A DNA stretch of 64,000 bases from Chiloscyllium plagiosum (taxonomy: Eukaryota): assembly GCF_004010195.1 (NCBI RefSeq), contig NC_057718.1, positions 98,717,794 through 98,781,793 of the forward strand, given 5' to 3'. A model generated the notes under the pieces. It was not told the origin of the DNA, made no database searches, and saw only the letters and a program-made list of their open reading frames with translations. A program made the position numbers and the translations under genes. Every line of letters starts with the position of its first letter. Position 1 is the first letter of the stretch. Of this stretch, positions 26,442-38,160 are shown one piece after another.

Positions 26442-26514
26442 CAGCTGTTGATGACTCAAAGCCAGTGTCTGATGTTTGTCCCTCAGCCAGGGTCTATATA
26501 AAGCGCTGACGTCA
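26442..26514 (+). promoter_or_regulatory. Pol II core promoter: E-box, AP-1, TATA box and CRE
   Basis: CAGCTG 26442-47, TGACTCA 26452-58, TATATAAA 26495-502, TGACGTCA 26507-14, all in a CpG-retaining, transposon-poor stretch. Confidence 0.85.
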
Positions 26515-26522
26515 AAGGCGGA

Positions 26523-26781
26523 CATGCTCGATGGGAACTGGAGCTGTTGCCATTGAAGAAAGAGAAAGAGAGAGAGAGAGAGAGAGCGGGGAGGGAAGAG
26601 GAGGAGACTAACACTTGCTACATTCACACATACACACATACTGAACGGCGACGACAGCAAGGCAGCAACAGTGTGCTATCCCACTGCAAATACACCCTTT
26701 CTCTCTCATTTCTAGCCTTCACTCCCGGCGAAGCAAGCAGAAGTTGGAATCTGCCATCCGCATCTTTTTTTTCCAGACCAG
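26523..26781 (+). other. snap25: Putative non-coding exon 1 of a neuronal gene, most likely SNAP25
   Basis: Starts about 28 nt after the TATA box and ends at a CAG|GTGAGA donor, with tandem RE1 sites just inside the intron. CATGCTCGATGGGAACTGGAGCTGTTGCCATTGAAGA resembles my recollection of the mammalian SNAP25 5'UTR start (unverified). No coding exon was seen. Confidence 0.6.
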
Positions 26782-27182
26782 GTGAGAAACCTGTTTAAAC
26801 TATGCAGTAGTTCCACCTCTCACACTGTTTGCAGCAGAGGGTCCCTGGTGAGTAAGCTCCCGACCGATGTGCGTGTGTCTTCTTGTGTTACGATTGCTAA
26901 ATTACCAGCTATATAAATTCTGATTTTTTTGGGAGGGGAGGGATGGGGGATTGATGGTGTATAACTTGCCTATATGGTGTTCGGGGGACTTTGGGCGGGT
27001 CAGCCTCTTGCCTGTGTTAATTATAGAGGATTGAATCGCCACTGAGGGCAGCCGCTGATTCTGGGCGGTCTCAGACCCCGTGAAACGCTTGAATAATGCC
27101 TGACCCTGGGGATGGACTGACGTTCAGCGATTACAGTGCAGCGCTAGTTTGACGCCCGAACCTGAGCTGGACTGAGGTCTGT

Positions 27183-27331
27183 TTCAGGACCCTGGACAGA
27201 GTCAATTGGACGGCCGAACCCTGGACTGTAGTAGGTCCGGGAGTTTCGTTTTCAGGACCCTGGACAGCGATATTACGATGCCTGAGACCGCGAATGAGAC
27301 GCTGGGTGGTTTCAGGACCCGGGACAGCGCT
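27183..27331 (+). promoter_or_regulatory. Three tandem RE1/NRSE (REST-binding) sites
   Basis: TTCAGGACCCTGGACAGAGTC (27183), TTCAGGACCCTGGACAGCGAT (27251) and TTCAGGACCCGGGACAGCGCT (27311), against the consensus TTCAGCACCNNGGACAGCGCC. Confidence 0.88.
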
Positions 27332-30300
27332 CGCCTGTTGCCTGAACTAGGGCGGGTGCTTTTGGAGGCGTTCCAACAGGAACCACCATGTGTCCATATA
27401 TACTGTATTTCTAAGTGAACCCGCTGTCAGAGCTTACTAATTTGTTAAGGACACACCCAAGACCTACCTTGCAAGGGAAGGAGCCACGAGATAACCTAAT
27501 AAGGGGGACACGATACGTGAGCTGCCAGTTGTCGATTCGAACATCTAGAAATGAGACGAGATCTGATCATTTTCATGACTGTAATTTATTAATGACCCAA
27601 TTGCTTACCCAGTTCAGTTGCGTGGACAGTGTGTCTCTATGTTCTGTATTAGTCAATCATTTAAAAGATATTTCCATTCGCCAGTCTGTTCTGTGTGAGC
27701 AACCCAGTGTGTTATGCCGGGCTATTTTGTATGTTAAAAAGATGATTGTAAAACTTCCATGAACACGCGCTTCTGGTTCACGCACTGATCTGCCACGGAG
27801 TTACGTCGAATGAAATCCTTCTACGTGACTCGGATGGGAATATCTACGTGGCTTGGTGTAAGTGGAAGGGAGGAGGTTATTTACTTGTTCGGTGTTCTCC
27901 TGAGGGTTTTTTTTAAAAAAAATATGCATTAGTGCAACATGCAAGCTTTACTTTTATTTAATGCAATGGTCATGTGGGGTTGTTATCCTCCAGAAATGCC
28001 TGAGAAAGATTCAGTAGCAAAAAAAATTCTAGGTCCAGCAAACGTAACTTCTCAAGCGGTTTGTTTAGGTGGTCTAGCCCCTGGAACATGGGTTAGCTGT
28101 GAGAATGCGAATTATCTGTGGTGCTGTGAACGACAGGAGAGAAATGATGTATTTTGCAATCGAAGACCAACTGCTAGAAGAAGCGATCTTGAGTTTGTAA
28201 GCTGTTAAAGTCCCTTGGAACAAACATTGATGAAAGCTTGCGTGACGTTTAAAACAAAATCGAATTTGATGGATTCCTGCCTCTCCATTTGATTTTCAAA
28301 ACCGAGAACGCCTGTGTCTAAAATAAATGTTAATAACGCAGAAACTTCTTGCAACGAGCCAATGCTATCTGCTATTGCAACGTCTGGTTGACACCTGATG
28401 ATAGCATTGCAATTCTAATTGACTGTGTCAACATTTCCCACTTAATTTTGCTAATTCAACTGTCACATTGTATTTGCAGACTTACGTTTAGATGGCTATG
28501 TGGGGTGAGTTTAGATGTCGACCGGCAGAATTTGGAGGTGGAGACGGTGCAGAGGTGGGAGCACAGTGTTTTATGACCTTAGGAAGCTCAGTGGCACAGG
28601 TTTCCTGCGGGCCTGACTGTCAATTAGTATTCCTGCTTCCATTTCCAGGACACAGCCAGTCAGATTACAAGGTTGACTGGTTGACAGGTCACTAGGCCTT
28701 CAACATCAGGCCACAGTTTGGGATTGGCAGAAGTGAGTAGGAAATTGTTTGGGTGGGTAGGTGATGAGAGGTGGGCATGGGGAGTGATGAAGTGTGAGGT
28801 GGGGTGATGATGCGGGGTAGTGTATGTGAGTGGGGAGGATGATGAGAGATGATGGGAGGGCCAATGAGAGATGCGTGGTGGTGGAATGCTTTGAGTCAGA
28901 AGAGGCAGAGATACAGTTCTGGAGCAGGATTTGGGGGAGATCACTGACCAGAAGCAAAAAATCAGAGGCCAGATCAGGGTAACTAGTAGTTGAATATTAG
29001 AAGTATGAATGCAAATTAAGTGATAAGATCAGAGACCGTGTAAAATTGGAGGCCCGTGTGAGGAAGATTGGAGGCCCAAGGAGAGGATAAGAAGAATTGT
29101 GGGGAAAGAGGGAACTGGAATGTTGGTGGCATGAGTTGCCAATCCAGATCCAAGCCAGTCAGTGATAGAAGTTTATTGACTACTCAGTCTCACAGCAGCT
29201 TCCACCTGCCAGTGCCATGTGTGCTCAGTGTACATGTGTGCAGACAATTAATAGCCAACATCTGTTTATTCTAAACCTTAAATAAAGACATTAAAATGAA
29301 ACAATGTAATTAACCAAACATTACAACAGTGAAGGGTTGGGGTGAGTGGTGATTTGGTAATGTCTGATCATGGAGTGGGTTAATCAGGTAGATTGGATGC
29401 AACAAGTTCTGGCTCCATTTAATCTTTGAGTTTTCCAAGATGTAGGAAGCCTTTCTGGTCCAGATTAAATTTAATATAATATTGTTATACACTCATAACC
29501 TGATAAAATTTAAATTGCCAATGAGTGCCATGATTTGGTTTCTTGTCTTTCCCCAACTCTCCCCCCACTCCCACTTCATTGAAGTGGATAGTATAGGGTC
29601 AGATTCAGATTTTTAATATTTTAACACTGTATCCGACACAAATTTATTCCTTATAGCGGTTAAAATTTGTGAGTAGCATTTCATGATCTGAAGCAATTGC
29701 TTGATATTAGTGGGTTGATAATGAGACTACTTTGTGAATGCAATCTAATATGCAGTCATTTGTATTGATCTGACATGACTTTTACATTCAGATTTCCTAT
29801 TGTTGCTGAGTTTTGATGGAATTGATGCACCTCAGTGAAGACTTCACTTGAAAGGTCAACAGTGAAGTGAAATTATATTGATAATTTCAATTCCAGCTTT
29901 CCTCCAAAAAAAGTAAATGGGTGTGGGAAGAATAGGCGTTAGAATGTATGATAGAAAATATAATATTGACAGATAAGTATTGATTTAAATATTTTAAAAC
30001 ATGCTGTTTAAAGGTCACTGATTGTATATTTATGAGTTTCTTGATATAACTTAGATATTTAATTTGTTAACCTGTATAGATGAACATTAAATTTTTGTTT
30101 CAGCATTTCTGATGGGAAATTTCCAGAAAAATAAATTAGAAAATATATACATCTTCATGATATGATTGGACATTATTCTTGTTTATCAGACTAATAATTT
30201 TATGACATGGAAACAAAGTTATGATTGTACAACTGGATGAATATGAGCTTTGCAACATACTCAGAGAGGGCATGATCTGGCCTTTTTGAGGTAATCCACA

Positions 30301-30689
30301 AATTGCAGAAAATGGAGAAGTATTCATAGAATTATAGTATTATTAAAGTGCCAAAAGAGTCCATACAGTCCATCAGCTCTTTAAATAATCATTTCACTTA
30401 ATGATATTTACCTGCTTTCTCCCTATAATCCTGAACATCTTTCCTTTTCAAATAACAGTCAAATACTCTTTCCATGATCTGCCTCCAACATACTAGCAGT
30501 GTTACTGTTTCTTCATAGAGTGGCATCATAGACACAATACTGCACTGACATATCATTTTAAGATTTCCTGGCAAATTAATGTGAGGGGTAAGATGATGAT
30601 TATCATCAACTCTAGTATTTGAAGGGAGACTTCAATAATGGACCTGCAGTAAGATGCAGAAAACATTGACTTGGCAGAATGGAGTTCAC

Positions 30690-30900
30690 AATCATTGGAA
30701 GACTGCATTTCATTTTGATGATACTTCTCTGGATGTGCTCCTGTAATGATTTACTGGGAAATAATGTTCCTCACTGATGGGAGGAAGAAGCCTGCAGGTG
30801 AAATCAAGAAGGTGAGCCTTAGATTGTCCATGAGGCCAGTAGATAGAGTGTCATGCCAGACTCATGGATTCAAGGATGAAAGTGATTTAATGATCTAAGC
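30690..30900 (+). mobile_element. Possible PIF/Harbinger Myb/SANT-like ORF remnant
   Basis: Broken translation TAFHFDDTSLDVLL..FLTDGRKKPAGEIKK resembles Harbinger DNA-binding proteins; highly decayed. Confidence 0.4.
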
Positions 30901-32830
30901 AGGATGGCAATGATAAGGACAATGGCACATCCAACTGCATCCTGTAGTGTGTATTACTTCAACCCTCTCATTCTGCCTTCTCAAACCTACTCCACCACAT
31001 CACCCCACTCTTATGCTGCAGGTACACCCATCCCTCTCCTATCCAGGTGCTTTTTTATGGACACATCCACGATTAACACTCCTTATACAATGGCATATCT
31101 CATATTATCACGATCAACAAATATCTTCTTCATTTGTTCACTGTATTCATATTACTCTCTCTCTCTCATAGGACTCTCCTTTCCCCTCTTGGAGAAGACA
31201 GAGAACTGGGGGTAGCCTGCTAGCCATCTTGCCATTGATAGCTGCTGAGGGGGAGGTGCCAGCCAACAATGAAATCTCAGCCTGCTTGGCTCAGAACACA
31301 GAATTAAATGTCTGACAGCCTCATGGCATGCAATACTCACTCATGTTAATTTGGTGCCAGCAGCCAGTGAAATATAGGGTATGTGCGTAATGATCACTTA
31401 AAGTGTCATAAGCTTGACAGTTCAAACTCGTATCTTTAATCACTTAAAAGGGCCTTTAAGTGTCTCTGAGGAGATGGCCCAGGAAGATGAGGGCAGTGCC
31501 TGAAGAGATCATTTCCCTGTGACGGTACACCATTATACAGGCCTGTACCAGCTCAAACACTCACACTTCTCTGATAAGGCAGATTGTTGGGTTTCATCTA
31601 AAGACTCCCACATCACAAATGAGCATGAGTAGGGGTTACAGATAGGGGGAGTCAGGGTTGGACGATGCAGGATGCTTAAAGCTCTGCTCACCTCAATAAA
31701 CAGAATAGTCTTAAAGCAGCAGCAAAGCATATGTGGTAACTGGCAGTTTGTTCACCCACAGTATGTATAGATATTGAAAGAATCCATCTTCCTTATGAGT
31801 GGCATGATGTTTCAGGCCTTTGTTGTGCACATAGATGAGTCATCTTCATGTTCGTGAAATGTTATAGACAAGTTCATGTTGACCTTCACACATTACTTGC
31901 ACATTCTGACAATCATCTTAAACAGAATGGCTGATAGCAGTGACCTTTTATTTTACCACAGCAACAAAATATCCCCACTCTCATTGCTCGCAGGCAAGGG
32001 CATTTGGGCCACCAGAAGAATGATGGTGAAATATAACAGGGAAATGTGAGCTGTGCTCAAAGCACTTCCATTTCACACCCAATTTTCCTTGGCGTGTCAG
32101 TGCCTCAGATGCTGCCTTGTGTTCATAGGGCTGGGTCTGCTCTTGTACAGGCAGAGTAGCCATTGGCCCCTCAAGGGCCTGAAACCCCCAAGGAAGTCAG
32201 CCGAGAGCAATTCAGTGGTCAGACCATCCTACTTTGTACTCTGCTCAAGCTACAGGAGTTGCATTATGCAGAAGTGTTGGGAAGAAGAATGCAGATCTCT
32301 GAATGCACAAGAATATCACATTGCAAAGTTACGCAATGACTGGTAAGTTGCTGTTTGGTCTTGCAGCCACATAAATACGATTTCTTCCCATTTATGTTGG
32401 CTTCCCCACTTTCGTTTGCATCTGGCGTTTGACTCTTAATTAATGATTAATAAATAAATAACGCTGAGCACCAGTGGGCTGGGAAAAATGTGCAGTTGTT
32501 TCTAGGATGGCTTTGTCTTTATGTCATAGCATGGCTGCGGCATGGCAAACGTCATTTTTCCACGTGTTGTCAGATGGGTGGACTGGGGAGGTAAAATGCA
32601 TCTTGCATTAGCGACAGTATTCTAAGAATCCTGTCCAGCGATGAACATTGGTGCTGGTGGTTTTGGTGCATCATATTCTAACTCCTCCTCACAATTATTT
32701 GAAGAGGCGCTATGCTCTGGACCTTCTTCCTCCTTTGGGCCCAACCAAATTCCCTTGCAATTTGGTGCAGAGGGCAGTGCCCTATGGCCATTTTGGAGAC
32801 CCTGACTGCTCCCTACTGAAGGATGCCTCA

Positions 32831-33152
32831 AGATTAGATTAGATTAGATTCCCTACAGTGTGGAAATAGGCCCTTTGGCCCAACAAGTCCACACCGACCC
32901 TCCGAAGAGTAACCCACCCCCCCCCTCCTCTGACTTATACACCTTACACTATGGACAATTTAGCATGGCCAATTTGACCTGACCTGCACATTGTTGGAAT
33001 GTGGGAGGAAACCGGAGCACCCGGAGGAAACCCATGCAGACACAGGGAGAATGTGCAAACTTCACACAGACAGTCACCCGAGGCTGGAATCGAACTTGGG
33101 ACTCTGGTGCTGGGAGGCAGCAGTGCTAACCACTGAGCCACTATGCCGCCCC
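32831..33152 (-). mobile_element. HE1-like SINE
   Basis: Full head, body and (TAATC)n tail. Confidence 0.9.
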
Positions 33153-34647
33153 TAAAAGATGCATCCTTTTGACCTGTCAAGCATCCTCAGCATATTCATG
33201 TCTTGCCCAATGGTGCATCTGGCTTTTTGAATTGTTTTCACTTTTTCTCTTGTGGTCTCATTGGTTAGGTTCTTCATGGGTGTCATCCACCTTTTCAACA
33301 GGTACCTCTTGGCCCTGAGCAAATACTTGATAGGTGTGCTGTTAGTTGTGAAGGGAGGATGAGTTGCTTCAGGACTATATGGCCATGAATTTTGCACACA
33401 CTTCTATAAAGATCCCTTTACCATTGTACATTGATGGAGCTGGAGTTCATGTGGTTGATGAGTACTCCTGGGAGATGAGAGATTGCTTCAATTGCAGAAA
33501 TCAATGATGCCCTGTATTTGTGCCAAGCTAGCGAGAACTGCAACCCTGAGTGCCCAGTCATTCTGACTGGCACCATCACAGGAAAAGTGTACGTAACTTC
33601 TGGTTCTGGCAGACAAGCCATCATTTGCCTCTCAAATGCATTTGTGCGCCAGCTACCGTACGATCCTCCAATTGTCTCTGGTGAAGTCCTGGAAAGATCC
33701 AAAGGCACAAACATTGAAGCTGGAGGTGTTGTAGATGGTAAAGTATGGCCACCAGACCAACAGGTGCCAATCTAACAAATGTAACTTAAGACCCTGAGCC
33801 TTCTTGAGAAGTTACTGTTCCCATGTGTTGAGGAGGTTTATCCTCTACCTGCATATTCTTTTTAACAGGTTCTGCCTCCTGTGAACTGCACCTGTCTGCT
33901 GAATCACCTTTTCCTGTGGAGCTGCAGGACTGTGAGCAACCAACTGTCACTGCTTCTGGTGCTTTTGCTCTGTTGCTAGAGATCACCTTGGTTCTTGCAT
34001 GAAGACCAAAGTAAAACAGCTCAAGTTGTCCCTTTATTGATCTGACAGCTGAGAGCTTCTGAGCGCAGAACAGACACAAAATCCTCGAAAGTGTAGGTGA
34101 CCCCTTCTGAAATGCGTACAGTCAAGGGTGTCAACTCTTTTGTTTTTCTCCTGCACATTTTTCATGCTCATTCAAAATGTTAGTGTTGGAAAATATAAAA
34201 TCTCTCTTTCTATTTGCACAGTACTAACCACTGGAAGTCACAGATTTAAATTTTCTCCACTCTGTCATAGGTGTGTGAAGCTCAACTTCAGACAACCTCT
34301 CAGCCAACATTGTGAACTTTCCATTTCATAGCACCTATCCTTATGGTTTGTCTGAATGCAGTTACTGATTTCATGCTAACTGCATTTCCGACATAACAGA
34401 AATTAGCTTTGCTATTGGGAAACATATCTTTAGAAGGTGCTGTAGCAAATGTTTGTCTCAGTGCATAATTTCTACGTATTCAATTCAATTTGAATTTGGC
34501 TATTTTTGTCAGTGTGACTGGAGAAATGTTATTTGACTTGTACATCTCACAGTCACAGTCTGCCATGTTTTGAAATGTCCTTCCTGGAGAGGCTGTGCTT
34601 TGGTGGTAGACTGGCTTACTACAAATTGTAGGTATAGCCAGTATGTT

Positions 34648-34863
34648 GCTGAAAATGTGTTGCTGGAAAAGCGCAGCAGGTCAGGCAGCATCCAAGGAAC
34701 AGGAGAATCGACGTTTTGGGCATAAGCCCTTCTTCAGGATTCCTGAAGGGCTTATGCCCGAAACGTCGATTCTCCTGTTCCTTGGATGCTGCCTGACCTG
34801 CTGCGCTTTTCCAGCAACACATTTTCAGCTCTGATCTCCAGCATCTGCAGCCCTCACTTTCTC
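34648..34863. mobile_element. Head-to-head (fold-back) short PLE-derived element with a perfect 13-bp TSD
   Basis: About 90-bp inverted arms centred near 34740; TAGCCAGTATGTT at 34635-47 and 34864-76. Confidence 0.92.
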
Positions 34864-35143
34864 TAGCCAGTATGTTCTTTGTTTCAGTGTGAGGCATATT
34901 AGTGATGAGCAAGTGAACAATTTTATTATCACAGATAATCACAGATTGGTGCAGAGTTCTTGAAGGAACAACGTTACAAGATCATAAGACCATAGAATGT
35001 AGGGGCAGAAGATGGCCATTCAGCCCATCAGTTCTGTTCTGACTTTCAATGAGGTTATGACTGATCTGATAATCCTATATTCCACTTTCTTGCCTTATCT
35101 TTATAACCCTTGAATCCTTTACTGACTAAATGTTTATCTATGT

Positions 35144-35459
35144 GGGCGGCACGGTGGCACAGTGGTTAGCACTGCTGCCTCGTAGCGCCTGAGATCCGGG
35201 TTCAATTCCCGCCTCAGGCAAATGACTGTGTGGAGTTTGCACTTTCTCCCCGTGTCTGCGTGGGTTTCCTCCGGATTCTCCAGTTTCCTCCCACAGTCTA
35301 AAGATGTGCAGGTCAGGTGAATTGGCCATGCTAAATTGCCCGTAGTGTTAGGTAAGGGGTAAATGTAGGGGTATGGGTGGGTTGCGCTTTGGCGGGGTGG
35401 TGTGGACTTGTTGGGCCAAAGGGCCTGTTTTCACACTGTAAGTAATCTAATCTAATCTA
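35144..35459 (+). mobile_element. HE1-like SINE, young
   Basis: Nearly identical to 2675-2992. Confidence 0.92.
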
Positions 35460-35518
35460 TCAGGGAGCAATTATATTTGTATGAATGCTTTCACTTCTCA
35501 ACACTGCTATCCTTAAGG

Positions 35519-35680
35519 AGAAAGTGAGGACTGCAGATGCTGGAGACCAGAGTCAACAGTGTGGTGCTGGAAAAGCACAGCTATGCTAACATTGATGAAG
35601 GGCTTATGCTCAAAACGTTGACTCTCCTGCTCCTTGGATACTGCCTGACTGGCTGTGCTTGTTCAGCGCCACATGTTTTG
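35519..35680. mobile_element. Older fold-back PLE-derived element with TSD
   Basis: Flanked by ACACTG(C/A)TATCCTTAAGG (35501, 35681); decayed core TTGATGAAGGGCTTATGCTCAAAACGTT. Confidence 0.8.
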
Positions 35681-35851
35681 ACACTGATATCCTTAAGGCT
35701 ACTTAACTTAAATTTGTAGTTTTTTGCATTTTTGTCCCAAATCCTGGACAGCTTTTTTGTGAATTAACCCACGTCCAATCAAAATGGAGCTGGAAATTTA
35801 CAAATATGTTGTTTCTTAACAACCTGTGGAGAGTTAGTTTAAACTATATTT

Positions 35852-36184
35852 ATCATAGAATCCCTACAGTGTGGAGACAGACCATTAGGTCCAACAAGTC
35901 CACACCAACCCTTTGAAGAGTAACCCACCCAGACCCATTCCCCTATCCCATTACTCTATGTTTACCCCAATTAATGCACCTAACCTACACATCGCTGAAC
36001 ACTATGGGCAATTTGGCATGGCCATTTCACCTAACCTGCGCATCTTTCGGCTGTGGGAGGAAACTGGAGAACCCTGAGGAAACCCACATGGGAAGAATGT
36101 GCAAACTCCACAAAGACAGTCGCCCAAGGCTGGAATCGAACCCGGGTCCCTGGTGTTATGAGGCACTGAAACACCATGCTACCC
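35852..36184 (-). mobile_element. HE1-like SINE (diverged)
   Basis: Matches the other SINE copies. Confidence 0.85.
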
Positions 36185-36187
36185 TCA

Positions 36188-36824
36188 TGTTATGGACGAG
36201 ATCAGACCCCCTTCAAATATATCAAGAAGATAGCCTGGACCCTAACTTTTCCTTTTTTAAAGGCAAGGGTAAAGGTTACACTATTCAGCTTTAAGCAAAG
36301 TACACTTTATACCTATTCCACAGTTAAAATACAAACCAAAGAAATAAGAATTGACCTAACTTTAACTCTATTGGAAAATTTAACAGAATAATAGATAATT
36401 TAACTACAAACCTGAAATTGTTCCAATATAGTAACATCCCATAACCAACGCTTGACAAAGGCAAATTCTGTAAAATAGATTGGCTCATGTGCAATGTTTC
36501 TCCAGTCCAGGAGGAAAGAACAACACAAGAAAATTCTGGCAGAGAGAGAGAACTCAAATGTTTTGCTGTCGCAGGGAGAGATGTCTGGCAGCTTCAAAAC
36601 CCCAGCAACTGCTGAAACCTAAACTAAAACCCTGGTTCTGTGTGGAACCTGATTCCACCCATTCAGACTGCTTCTATTGTTCCAATTAAAAAAAACCCAA
36701 TGCCCTCACAAGCTGTTTACTTTATTGGCTTGGAACGGACTGCTTGGTACCACTGTCTCAACCTCTCTTCATTTTAAAAAAAAAGGACAAAATTTACACC
36801 TCTTAAAGCCAGAATATCATCACA
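36188..36824. mobile_element. Probable solo LTR
   Basis: TGTTATG...CATCACA inverted termini, CTCA/GTCA flanks and a minus-strand AATAAA. Confidence 0.55.
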
Positions 36825-37360
36825 GTCAGTAAAGCAATGAATTAGGGTAAATGGGAGTTGCATTGATTGGAAAAATGGTTGGAAGAGTGCTGTCCTAGGT
36901 GTGGTGTTGAGTCTCAATGCTGGAGTTCTATTTTAACATCTCCTGCCAGCCTGACCACACATTTTCACTAAGTTTTATACTTATTTGCTTCATCAAGCTG
37001 TACTCCAGCAAAGTCCATGACAGCCGATGATGGAATTCCACTCCCTGCCCCCTTTCCCCATACTTAGTCATGCAGAGGTGGTGCAGCAAAAGACTTGTTT
37101 TTTTAAGCTCAGGCGCAATCTGCTGCATGTTCTGTCGCTTTGCTGTTCTCCACAGGATTTTCTGACTGTCTTCCATACTTAAGCAATTTTGTTAAGCTTT
37201 TTAAATTCCCAAACACCTTTTTAAGATTCAGCAATGTTACAATTTGAAACATAGGAAAATGAGACTGTCATTCGGCCCTTTGAGTCTGCTCTGCCATTCA
37301 ATATGATCCTGGCTGATCATCCAAATCAATGGCCTCTTCCTTGTTTTTGAATTGGCTTTA

Positions 37361-37670
37361 ATTAGATTAAATTCCCTACAGGGTGAATACAGGCCCTTCA
37401 GCCCAACAAGTCCACACCAACCCTCCAAAAGAGTAATCCACCCAAACCCATTTCCCTCTGACGAATGTACCTAACACTACAGGCAATTTAGCATGGCCAA
37501 TTCACCTGACCTGCACATCTTTGGACTCTGGGAGGAAACCAAAGCATCCAGAGGAAACCCACACGGAGAATGTGCAAACTCTGCACAGACAGTCACCCAA
37601 GACTGGAACTGAACCTGGGACTCTGGTGCTGTGAAGCAGCAGTGCTGACCACTGAGCCACCATGCCACCC
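37361..37670 (-). mobile_element. HE1-like SINE
   Basis: Matches the other SINE copies. Confidence 0.88.
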
Positions 37671-37671
37671 A

Positions 37672-38160
37672 TGTACTCAAATGAGTGCAATGAAAAGTTT
37701 ATAAGTCACCACTTACAGCACTATCTTGGGTACAAAGGTTCCTTTGTACAATCCTTAGTTACAGAATAGAAAGATGAAGGAAAAGTATGACTGTCAAGTC
37801 AGAAAAACAAGAAGTACAGTTAAAATGACAAACATAACAGTGTCCCTCCAAAGACTCTCCACAACAGATGTGTGCAGGGAGCCGCAATGTGGTCTGACTG
37901 CTGGCTGCCACCACATTCCACGTTTGGCCAATCTCCCCATTCCTGCTTTGGGCTGCAAGTGACCATGCTCTGGCCTCTGGCTGCTGGTGTCCCTGCTCGA
38001 GCCCCTGTCATCTCCTCCGACCCAGCTTCGGAAGTTGGGGCTGGGTTTCTGGGTCCGAGAGAAGGGAGGAGAGAGGGAGAAACTAAAAAACGAAGAAGAA
38101 AAGGAACAGGTGGAGTGGAGGAGCTCTTGTTCCACTGTCCTACTCCATCGCCGTCTTACC
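37672..38160 (-). mobile_element. Short non-coding retroelement related to 62252-63299
   Basis: Shares both ends with the 62-63 kb element (GTACTCA..AAGTC.CCACTTACA..GTACAAAGG and the purine-rich/GCC(A/G)TCTT end). Confidence 0.6.

Noticed and set aside
27183..27331. Repeat-spacer pattern resembling a mini CRISPR array
   Set aside because: This is vertebrate DNA with no cas genes, and the repeats match the RE1 consensus.
34648..34829. Long hairpin as a pre-miRNA or MITE
   Set aside because: The arms are two copies of the PLE-derived repeat, with unequal ends and long variable TSDs, unlike MITE termini. There is no evidence of processing.
34619..34942. Recurrent peptide MCCWKSAAGQAAS.EQENRRFGH in several ORFs
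   Set aside because: It is the antisense translation of the hammerhead-bearing repeat, not a gene family.
35144..35225. tRNA-like sequence with A/B boxes
   Set aside because: It is a SINE head continuing into the SINE body and tail, not a tRNA gene.
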